A stretch of 64,000 bases of DNA from Macrostomum lignano (lineage: Eukaryota). The stretch covers positions 372,001 to 436,000 of the forward strand of contig NIVC01001811.1 in assembly GCA_002269645.1 (NCBI GenBank), read 5' to 3'. The notes beneath the pieces are model-generated. The model worked only from the letters and a program-made list of their open reading frames with translations, did no database searches and had not been told where the DNA came from. Positions 22,122 to 34,100 of this stretch are shown piece after piece (position 1 is the stretch's first letter; the number at the start of each line of letters is the position of its first letter). Both the position numbers and the translations under genes were made by a program.

Positions 22122-24353
22122 ATGACTTTTAGCATAGGGTGCCTGCTTAATCAGACTTTAACTCAGAGTTAGCTAAGTGAATGACAACGAGACTTAACAT
22201 GCAATAATGGCAAATAATTTAGTCTATAGGTGAATGCTAGCAAACAAAAAGTTTTACTTCTTCCTTTCCATTCTAAAGACTTTTGGAGTGACCCTCATAT
22301 AAAACCAAGAAACTAGTCAATCTAGACTTGAACTATCTAGTTGAACTATTTAGAATCCAAATTTAAACTTTACACACTTGTGGTCTCTAGAAGTACACAT
22401 GTATATTTCTTTTATATCTAGCAACAAAAATAACTTCAGACCTATTCAAATTTCTTGTTTTCTACTATCAGTAGAGTATTTCAAAGCAGCTTTACTTTTG
22501 AAAACAGAGAAAATGATTTTCTATCATACCTATAGGAAAAAGTTGTAAAACTGTGGACGGCGTCTGGTATGCTTTCGAAATTTTTCCTAAAGTGAAGTGC
22601 ATGGATAGGTATGCAGCACTTGTGCGCACACTGCTCTATCTTGCTGGCTGCTGCTCTAGCAAATAAATATATATGTAAGATGGTCTAATACCTTTGTGGA
22701 AAAGTCTACACACTCATAATTTCTCATATAATGTTTAGAATTTGGAATTTATAAGAAGTAAATTTCAATTTCAAAAAAAAATTGGAAATCAAAATTTTGG
22801 AATTGTGTAAGAGTAACTAAAAATAAACTAATTTTTGCTATATAAAATGTATTTGTTTTGCATAAGTAGTAAATCAAGAATAAAAAAGTGAGTTTTGGTC
22901 ATATTAAACTTTGCTTTTCTGAATTTTGATTTTGGAAAATTTCAATTATGATTTTGAAAATTTAGTGAATTTTTATTTTGATAGAAAATGATTTCTAATA
23001 ATCCTAAAGTGCAGTAAAATAATTTGACTTTCTAAAGTGCGCGTCTGCAGGTTTTTAGCACTTATTCCAATATTTAAATGAGAACAATTTATTTGAAAAT
23101 AGGGCCTAAACAGAAACAGAAATAAAGCAGAAAATAAATCCATGTTATAACAGAACTAAATCTAGAGATTTTTTGCAGATCTGTTATTTATATTCACATT
23201 GATTCCACAAAATAGTAATCCATATCTATATCCACATAGTATGCAAATCCATTCTGCATCCATTTCCACAGTTTAGTTTGTACTAATCATTAGGTGCCAT
23301 GGCTAATTATAGCACATTTTCAATAGTGCAAATGACCTTTAAATAGTCACCATCAAATATTCTAAAATAGTTCCACAATCTAGACTTTGACTTATAAGGA
23401 ACTGGATGCTTTTTCTTAGCATTGCCTTTTACTTCTACTTCCATAATGTCAGCATAAAAGATATTTTCTTTTTAAGACTCATAATCTAGAGTAACTTCTT
23501 ATGTTTTAAAAGCTATAGAGTTGGATGCCATGTTGGTATTATTTTCTAATGATTTTGAGTTGCTTAGAATTAGACAAGAAATAAAGCAAGGGAATGTACC
23601 TGAAAAAAAAAAAAAGAAATAAATAAAAAACAAGAAACATCATGTTAGAATTCTGCAGTCTTTTTACTAAATAACCAAACTAAAACTTTATTTTTGTTTT
23701 TCTAGTCATGATCCCTATTGGAATACAATTTCAAATCCTACAGACACATGGCACAGGTTTATAAACATTATGCTTAGGTATGGTAAATGTTATATATAAA
23801 TATAACTAATTTTGCAGTAGTGCAACATGGCACCAAAATTTAACAACTTTGTGTTGCAGATAGTTGTGCACTATGTGCAGTTATTCCAATAGAGGTCATG
23901 ATAAGAAAAGAACTAGAATAGTGTTTAAATATAATTTTTTAATGTTAAAATTTAAGAATAAAATCAACATCATACATGCAAGTTTGATAAAGCAATGCTA
24001 ATATCAAATAGGTTATCCAAAAAACAAAATGCAAAAGGGTAATTCCACGATAGGGTCCCATCATGTTTTTGAACTTTAAGCACTTGTTACTTTTGAATCA
24101 TAATAGATAGAACATAGCTGCTTATGAATTCTAAAACAACTGAACACATAGCAGAGCATAAACTATGCTGATGGTCGTTTGGTAACTTTTTACATGTTAG
24201 TAATGGCACTAATAACATTAAGAAACATCATCACAATGTTATGATTCAGAAGAGTTGGCATAACATTTTCAGTGCAAAACTCTCACCCAAACAGATTAAG
24301 TGAAAGAAATCATCAGTTTTTATCTAGCCCCAGGGTAAGCAATCAAAGTAGCT

Positions 24354-27300
24354 ATGCGTCGAACTCGCTGTTCAGTGCGTTTCTGCGAAGAGCGAGCCAA
24401 CTGTGACACTGACCAAGCCATCGCTAGCGTGCGCTGCGACCAGTGCGGCTCCGACCAATGCGTCAGATGTGACGAGGCCATACACAGCGCAACCAGGTTG
24501 TCCCAACACGATCGGGTAGCCATACCCGAACCGGACAGCGCCGAATTGTGCCAACACGTTGGCTGCCGACGTGCTGTTAACTATGCCGACGTCTACTGTA
24601 CTATTTGTCAGAGAAATTTCTGCTACGATTGCGACGCTAAAGAGCACAAGCAGGCTGGCCGGTCGCATTCTAGGAAATCGTTTGCTCAGCGCCGTGCCGA
24701 TTTAGCCCTGCTAGAGACCGACAATATTGGCGTTGTTGCTGCGCCTACTGCTACTAATAGTAATAGGTTCAGTAGCAACAGTCCACCGAGTAGACTGGGC
24801 ACCGAGCCAGAGCCAGATGATGACGAATTTAGTGACGCTGGGGAAATGAATTCAACTAATGCTGATGGTGTCGATAAATTCTATAGTTTGTCAGCCCCTG
24901 TTGCTGGGACTATTATTACTGATCAGCCTGCTAGGTAAGGCTTGCACCGTTTTCCTATGGGCCTGCATTTATGTCTTCCGGAATTGCCCTGCCTCTCCCT
25001 TCAGATTCCAAAAATCACCCCATCACATCCCCAGAATCACCCCTCACATCCCCAGAACCACCCCTCAGATACCCAGATTCGCCACCCCTCACATCCCCAG
25101 AACCACCCCTCAGATACCCAGAATCGACACCCCCAGATCCCCAGATTCGCCACCCCTCACATCCCCAGAACCACCCCTCAGATACCCAGAATCGACACCC
25201 CCAGATCCCCAGATTCGCCACCCCTCACATCCCCAGAATCACCCCTCAGATCCCCAGAATCCCGCTCTAAGATCCCCAGAATCCCGCTCTGAGATCCCCA
25301 GAATCCCGCTCTGAGATCCAAAGAATGGCCCCATAAATCTCCAGAATCGCCCCATTAAATCCCCAGCATTGCCCCATCAAATCTCCAAAATTGCCCTATC
25401 AAATCCCCAGAATCGCCCCATCAAATCATTAGAATCCCTTTCTCGCTTCACAAGAACCCCCGAGCTCTAGATAATATTTTTTAAAGAAATTAAACCTCTT
25501 CAAAATTTTGAACGCAACGCAGAACGTCTTGGTCGCGCCAGTCGCCGCCCCAACATGACACCACCCCGTCGCCGCCGCCGCTCCCGGCTCCGATCGCCGC
25601 TCGACTGATCGACTCTCGCGAGCGCCTCCTAGTTGATAGCGGCGCCAAGCTGTGCGACCTGCTCGACTGTCCCGAGGTCAATTTCCGACGCTTGCCTGTC
25701 GTGTCAATTGTTGGCAAAACTGGAGACGGCAAATCGCACACGCTTAACTTTGCCTTCTTCAACGGGTCCAGCGTGTTTCACACATCGGACGATCCGCTGT
25801 CCTGCACTGTGGGCGTCTGGGCCGCGCTGGGACGGAATAGGCAGTGTCTACTGTTGGATACAGAGGGCCTGCAGGGTGCCGCTACCTCCGTGGCTTGCAG
25901 GTGAATTGTTGGATTCAATGTACATTAATGACTAGAATGGGTCACCCTCCTAGAGTCCCAGATGCTCAGTTGCTGGGCCAGCCTCCCAGATTCTCAGTTG
26001 CTGGGCCAGCCTCCCAGATTCTCAGTTGCTGGGCCAGCCTCCAAGATTCTCAGTTGCTGGGCCAGTCTCCCACAGTGTCAGTTGCTGGGCCAGCCTCCCA
26101 GATTCTCAGTTGGTGGGCCAGCCTCCCAGATTCTCAGTTGCTGGGCCAGCCTCCCAGATTCTCAGTTGCTGGGCCAGCCTCCCAGATCCTCAGTTGCTGG
26201 GCCAGCCTCCAAGATTCTCAGTTGCTGGGCCAGTCTCCCACAGTGTCAGTTGCTGGGCCAGCCTCCCAGATTCTCAGTTGCTGGGCCAGCCTCCCAGATT
26301 CTCAGTTGCTGGGCCAGCCTCCCAGATCCTCAGTTGCTGGGCCAGCCTCCCAGATTCTCAGTTGCTGGGCCAGTCTCCCACAGTGTCAGTTGCTGGGCCA
26401 GCCTCCCAGATTCTCAGTTGGTGGGCCAGCCTCCCAGATCCTCAGTTGCTGGGCCAGCCTCCCAGATCCTCTGTTGCTGGGCCAGCCTCCCAGATCCTCA
26501 GTTGCTGGGCCAGCCTCCCAGAGTGTCAGTTGCTGGGCCAGCCTCCCAGATCCTCAGTTGCTGGGCCAGCCTCCCACAGTGTCAGTTGCTGGGCCAGCCT
26601 CCCACAGTGTCAGTTGCTGGGCCAGCCTCCCAGATCCTCAGTTGCTTGGTCATTCACCTCTCTCCATCCCTAACAAAAATCCCGCAGACAAGTGTCGCTG
26701 CTCCTAAAGGTGCTGGCCATCAGCGACATAGTGATCTACCGGGCCCGCTGCGAGCGCCTTCAAGACGACGCTTTCGCCTTTCTAAGCGATGCCAGCCGCG
26801 CATTTGTCGACGTTCTTCGCCCGGCGTTGATAGAAAAATCTGGCAATCGTTCCGGCGCCTACGACGACTGCGAGGCCGAAGGAGAAGAAGTTGACGAAGA
26901 GGACACCCGACCGGCCTTGCTGGTGTTTCACGAGACTCGGCACACTCGCACACTTGGCGCTGACCGCGGCGACGGCAAGGAAGACGAGGATGACAGCGGC
27001 GGAGAGGCTTTTCGGTGAGGCTTCAATAAAGTTTAGAATGCTCTAAACTTGTTAATAATCCCCAAATTTCGTTTTGGTTAATGGTTAGGAGTCAGGACGT
27101 AATCTAAGGATAATTCCTAACCTGGAGATGATCTCCAACCTAGAGATAATCCCAATCTACAGATAATACCAACCTAGAGATAATCCCAACCTAGCGATAA
27201 TCATAACCTAGAGATAATCCTTAACCTAGAGATAATCCCAACCTAGAGATAATCCCTAACCTAGAGATAATCCTAACCTAGAGATAATCCCAACCTAGAG

Positions 27301-30300
27301 ATAATCCCAACCTAGAGATAATCCCTAACCTAGAAATAATCCCAACCTAGAGATAATCCCAACCTAGAGATAATCCCTAACCTAGAAATAATCCCAACCT
27401 AGAGATAATCCCAACCTAGAGATAATCCCTAACCTAGAAATAATCCCAACCTAGAGATAATCCTAACCTAGAGATAATCTCAACCTACAGATTATCCAAA
27501 CCTTGAGATTAACCTTACGATAATCCTTAATCTTAAGATGATTCTTAATCTACGTTTAGATAAAATCATTTATCTGGAGTTAGCCCTAATCCGAGAATAA
27601 TTCCATCGCTATTCGCTAATCACACCCAAAATACAATCCTCAACCTGGACGTAATCCCTTTATTAAAGAGAATCCCCAGGAATCTCCATCCTCATTTTGA
27701 ATAAATCCCATGAATTCATTTTTATCCAGCCGCCGCTACGCCGAACTCGGCTGCCATTCGGACGGTTTTAGTCGACTTGACTATGTCGGCGTTCGCTCCT
27801 CGGACAGCGGTGCCGGCGGCACCAATTTCGAGCCGCTGCGTCATCGAATCGACCGCCTCCTGGCCAGCAGGCGCGGCCGGAAACCCGACGGAGTTGTCAA
27901 GCGTCTTCGCCTGCTGTCCGAGCGGTTCAAAGCTGATGCTAGTCGAGCCAGCCTGCCCGACACTGCCGATGTCGATATGGACGAGTCGGTCGACTCGGCT
28001 GCTGAAGAATACGCCGACGCTGAGAATTTTGTAGCCGCGCCCGGGCCCCAGCCTGCCGAGTATTTCACCTGCCAGGTTGGTTGGCTAGCATCTCTCTGTA
28101 CTGCCTTGCTCTCCCTGCCGTAATAATGTAGAATTCCAATTATAGGCGCTAGGCGGCACCGGTTGCTGAGTTCTCACTTGTTTGTCAACTGGTCCTAACC
28201 TCACCTGGACCTCACCTGTAGATATACACGTAGACACGAAGCTCTATTTCTTGGTCATTAAGTAGCCAGGTTATGTTCTGGTCATTAAGTAGCCAGGCTA
28301 CCATCTGGTCATTAGTAGCCTGGTCATTAGGTAGCCAGGTTATGTTCTGTTCATTAAGTAGCCAGGCTACCATCTGGTCATTAAGTAGCCAGGTTATGTT
28401 CTGGTCATTAAGTAGCCAGGCTACCTTCTGGTCATTAGTAGCGTGGTCATTACATGTAAGTAGCCAGGTTATGTTCTGTTCATAGCCAGGCTACCATCTG
28501 GTCATTAGTAGCCTGGTAATTAAGTGGCCAGGTTATGTTCTGGTCATTAAGTAGCCAGGCTACCATCTGGTCATTAGTAGCCTGGTCATTAAGTAGCCAG
28601 GTTGGTTATGTTCTGGTCATTAGTAGCCTGGTCATTAAGTAGCCAGGTTATGTTCTGATCATTAGTAGCCTGGTCATTTAGTAGCCAGGTTAGGGAGTAC
28701 GAGATTTGCTAGCCGAGGTTTGCTAGCCGAAATCTGCTAGCCGAAATCTGCTAGCCGAAATTTGCTGACCGAACTTCTTGCCACCGGTGTCAGAAGATTG
28801 CTTGTTTTCTGGCAATGGTAATGCATGGTTTTAGTTAAAAAAAATCCAGAGAAGTGGGTCAAATTCCCAAATATTCTATATAACTAAAAGCATCAGCATC
28901 AGTTCAAGTGCTTGGAAAGTCAGTTTGCCATTGTGGGGGGATAGAATTCCTTACTAAACTGTCATGGCTAAACATTAGCAGAGAAGGCTATAAAAAGTCT
29001 CTAGCTAATAAAACTTCCTGAGTTCGGCTAGCCAAATTGCTGCTTAATTACCGGTTTTGGTTGGATTCTCACTAGCAGATTTCGGCAAGCTAAATCCTCG
29101 CTAGCAAAATTCCTGCTAGCAAACTTCGGCTAGCAGATTTCGGCTAGCAAACCTCGGCTAGCAAACCTCGGCTAGCAAACTTCGGCTAGCAGATTTCGGC
29201 TAGCATATTTCGGCTAGCAAACCTCGGCTAGCAGATTTCCTGCTAGCAAATTTCATCGACCCGCCAGGTAATGTTCTGATCATTAGTATATAGAATGGTT
29301 TCTGGTCATTAACCATGGTGACTCTGTAATGTTAGTAGTCAGCCTGTTCAATATTTTAGTCATTTTTAAGGTCATTGAGGTATTCCTGTTTTGTGTCCAT
29401 GAACTGCTTGCGTATTACCGGGTATTTTGTTTGCTCATCAAAGAAAAAACCTTACCCCATCTCGCAGACCCGCTGCCTGAGCTGTCAGGCAAAGTGCAGC
29501 CAAGCCCAAGGTCACGCTGGAGGTCACGCGATTCGTTCGGCCGGTCCAGGCGCCGCCGCCACAGCCGAATGCCGGCAATATGCCCAGCTAGATAACCGTC
29601 AGTACATCTGTTTGAGCTGCGAACGGACCCGGGGCAAACGCAGCGTAGCCGCCTACATCCTGGAGTCCGGTTTGACCAGCTACGCTTTGCATGGCTACGC
29701 TTTGACCTGTTCTCTATGCGGCGTATTGCAGCGCAGTCGGCAGTATTGGTACGGCAATCAGGATCCGGTTGAGGCTGGCCTGGTGCGAGCCGAGTTCGTT
29801 CACGTCTGGCCTAACGGAGAAGCGGTTAGTGTGTTGTTTGTATTAGCTTTTGGGCTGATTAGTACCGCTCTTAAAGTACATTTTGTGATTGTTTTAAAGT
29901 ATATTTAGTGAGCGTTTAAAAGTATATAAAGTATTTAAAGTACATTTGGCAAGTGTTTCAAAGTACATTTGGCAAGCATTTTAAAGCACATTTGGCAAGT
30001 ATTTTAAAGTACATTTGGCAATTATTTCAAAGTACATTTGGCAAGTATTTTAAAGTACATTTGGCAAGTATTTTAAAGTTACATTTAACAAGTAATTAAA
30101 AGTAACATTCAGTGTACATTTAGACATTTGATGTAACCGCCCTTGTCGCCTGTCCGCTCCTATTGAGAGACGAACGCTTGGCTAGAGGGGGCAATGACCG
30201 TAGGCTGCCTATGACCGGGCAATGACCTGACGGACCTCCAGCACCAGACTGTCCCGCCCACATGATTAGTAGCTTTGGTAGCGCTTCGTGACCAGAGGGC

Positions 30301-31085
30301 CAAGGACCCACATGGACCCCACCTGTAGCCAAGGTGCAATAGTTGGTCACTCGGTCATGGTATGACCGAGTGGCTGCCACCACTCTATGTGACCTGGCGC
30401 ACCTGGATCTTTCTACCAGACCTCTCGAGGCTAGAGCCCCGCCTGGATTGGTTACCAGGGGATTTAGGCTAACAGGGGAGACGCATGCAGCCGAGTACAG
30501 GGACTCTGCTTGGGGCATGATCGGGAACTCTGGGCTCAATCCTGGAGGATTTCTCAGCAGGGGATCCTTTGTGGCTGTGAGCGAGGCTGACTTGCGACTT
30601 TGATTACTAAGAGTAGTATGAGGCGAACATGTACTGTCTATAGTTTAGATTGCTCAGGGCGAAGGGACGCGTTAGCATGGGGTTGCAACCTTCCTACTGC
30701 CATTCTGTGCCAAGACTCGCTAATCCATCGACTGCACGCACACACGGCCCCGCAGCACGCACTCACAGGCGGGCGTTGCGCGGGGAGAGGCCATTAGCTT
30801 ACCCAGACTTCCTTATGCTTTGCCACCCCGGGAGAAAGGCTTAGCAAGCCATGAGTGAAATGAGGGGGAAAGAGTGAATAATGAAGGAGTTAGTTAATAG
30901 TTAATAATTAGGCCCTTAGGCGAATAATCAGGCAATTAGGCGGCTTCACTATTGAGTAAAATACAGCAAAAAGTTACGGTATCACAATTGGCTCAGCTCT
31001 CTAATCAGACAATGGGAAATAGGCAAACCCCGGATAAGCAAAGGCAATTAGAGCACAAATTAGTAACAGGAACTTACCGGCAGCT

Positions 31086-31140
<55 letters not shown>

Positions 31141-34100
31141 GAGTGACCGAGGGCGGCTGTAGGCTGCAGTCAGGCAGACGGTGAAGCGGCGATGCGCTGG
31201 AGCGACGAGGCGCTGATGTAGATCAGGCGATGCTGATGATGCTGGGCGGTATCAGACCGCTGGCCGATAGGCGAGCTCACTTGGGGGAGCTAAGGATGAC
31301 TTGGCGGTAACAGACCGCGGACCGGCAGGGATTCGTCTACTAGACGAATGGGTCAGAACTCAGTCTGACGGCAAGTCTAAAGAAAGACTAGGAGCCCGAA
31401 GGTGGGCAAAAGTTGAGGATTCTCATGCCGAAATCGCTTCCTTTTATAGACCTCACAGCCGCCTCCTCAAGGTCGTTACCATGGCTCCCTCTCTCTGATT
31501 GGCTGCCGGCAGAATGACGTCAGAATGAGTCATGATGAGAAGCATGAGACCGGCATAGCAACATGAGAAATCGGGAAATTGCGCAATCCGGAGGTGGGGT
31601 GGGGGATAATTGGCGCAGCGGGTGGTCGCGAAAGTGTTGCGCAAGCAAACATTGAGAACAATAGGGCTGGGGTCGAGAACAAAGGAATTGGAAATCGGGG
31701 ATAATTGGGGAAAACTGAGAACAATGGAAAAGTAAACATTGGAGAAAAGGTGATAATTAGGTGCGAAAACGAGAACAAAAGAAAGAGAAAATCGGAGAAA
31801 ATGTGATAATTGGTGGGGGTCGAGAGAACAAAAGAATCAAAAACGAGAACAATAGAAGCGGAGGTGGGGTGGGTGTCGCATGAGAAATTTGGGGAGGAGA
31901 ACAATGGCATGAGAAAAGGTTGCGCAAGAGAGGGGGATGAGTCAACGATGAGTCATCGGGGGGAAGAAGGGGTCACACGACTTGCGTCACCGTTTGGGAG
32001 TTTGAGAGGGGATGGGGAGACGGTGAGCACACCAAATACTGTAAGTAGACACAGAGAAGGAGGGGACAGCGCAGGAAAAGAGTGCAGAGAGAGACAAAAA
32101 GAGGGGGGAAAGGGAAAGTACAAGAAGAATAGGGTGGAGTGCAGGGGAGATAAGGTAGAGGGGAGGGTACAGAGAGGGACAGGGAGTTCCGGAAAGGCAG
32201 GTGTGGCGGCAGGGGAGACGGAACCAAGGCAGTAGGAGGGGGGGCAGCAGAGCGGGAGTCTCCAGGCCTGGGCGGAGACCTGGCCGAGTCTCGACAGCTC
32301 TGTGCAGAGGGTACACGGGATAGGAGGCACTTTCGAAAAAGTTCCCATGCCCTATCCCGCGACCAGAGCGTGGTTACATCACATTTACTAATAGTACACT
32401 TGGCTTATATAATTTTACGCACTCCTTAAAGTACATTGAAGCACACCCTTTAAATTACATTTAATTTTATCTCTTTTTACTCCATTATGCAATCCAACTT
32501 CTGAATTATTTCTTAACCACCTTCAAAAGTACACTATATCAATACGCATTTCTAAATTAGTTTAGCTTCATGTTTAAGGTGAGATTTGCATCAGTAACAA
32601 CTGGAAAAAAGACAAACATTTATTTATTAAAATAGTATTTGACAGAGCTTATATTTCATTTGTTTTGTGATTACTATCCCACTTACAGACTGAGGCATCG
32701 GTAACCCTTTATTTTTAGCCTGCTTTGCATTTGCGTTGCTTTTAGCGCACAAATTTTGGTTTGAAATTTTTTACGTGGAGCAGTTTGATTTGAATTTAAA
32801 AACTTTTTCTGCGCTTAAAATAATAAATAACAACAGATTAAGCGATTTTATTCCGCAACTAATTGGTTAGTTTTAATGAAACAGATTGATGCATTATTGA
32901 CATTTTCAATATCATTATAATTGCTGCGTTTTTTCTGTTTTGTTGAAGTTATGTTCGCTTTTTAATTCTACACTTTTGTGCTCTGCTCATGCAGCCTGTT
33001 TTTACCATCCTTTTTAATGCCCTGCCCCTCTCCTCAGATCTAGCCACTCCAATCTACAGATCTAGCCACTCCAATCCACATATCTATCTACTCCAATCTA
33101 CAGATCTAGCCACTCCAATCTACAGATCTAGCCACTCCAATCCACAGATCTATCCACTCCAATCTACAGATCTAGCCACTCCAATCTACAGATCTAGCCA
33201 CTCCAATCTACAGATCTATCCACTCCAATCTACAGATCTAGCCACTGCAATCTACAGATCTAGCCACTGCAATCTACAGATCTAGCCACTTCAATCCACA
33301 TATCTATCTACTCCAATCTACAGATCTAGCCACTGCAATCTACAGATCTAGCCACTCCAATCCACAGATCTATCCACTCCAATCTACAGATCTAGCCACT
33401 GCAATCTACAGATCTAGCCACTTCAATCCACATATCTATCTACTCCAATCTACAGATCTAGCCACTGCAATCTACAGATCTAGCCACTCCAATCCACAGA
33501 TCTATCCACTCCAATCTACAGATCTAGCCACTGCAATCTACAGATCTAGCCACTCCAATCCACATATCTATCCACTCCAATCTACAGATCTAGCCACTGC
33601 AATCTACAAATCCAGCCACTCCAATCTACAGATCTAGCCACTCCAATCCACAGATCTATCCACTCCAATCTACAGATCTAGCCACTGCAATCTACAGATC
33701 TAGCCACTGCAATCTACAGATCTAGCCACTCCAATCCACAGATCTATCCACTCCAATCTATAGATCTAGCCACTCCAATCTACAGATCTAGCCACTCCAA
33801 TCCACAGATCTAGCCACTCCAATCTACAGATCTAGCCACTGCAATCTACAGATCTAGCCACTGCAATCTACAGATCCAGCCACTCCAATCCACAGATCTA
33901 GCCACTCCAATCCACAGATCCAGCCACTCTAATCTACAGATCTAGCCACTCCAATCTACAGATCTAGCCACTCCAATCCACAGATCTATCCACTCCAATC
34001 TACAGATCTAGCCACTGCAATCTACAGATCTAGCCACTGCAATCTACAGATCTAGCCACTCCAATCCACAGATCTATCCACTCCAATCTATAGATCTAGC

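Noticed and set aside
21226-23280. 16-bp inverted match (AACTAAACTGTGGAAA) about 2 kb apart, and short TTCGGTGACA repeats at 21275-21365
   Set aside because: Too short and degraded to define element boundaries or a TSD.
24859-26894. Long repetitive ORFs (e.g. 25844..26707, 25962..26894)
   Set aside because: They are translations of intronic minisatellites; the spliced ZFYVE1 model explains the real exons.
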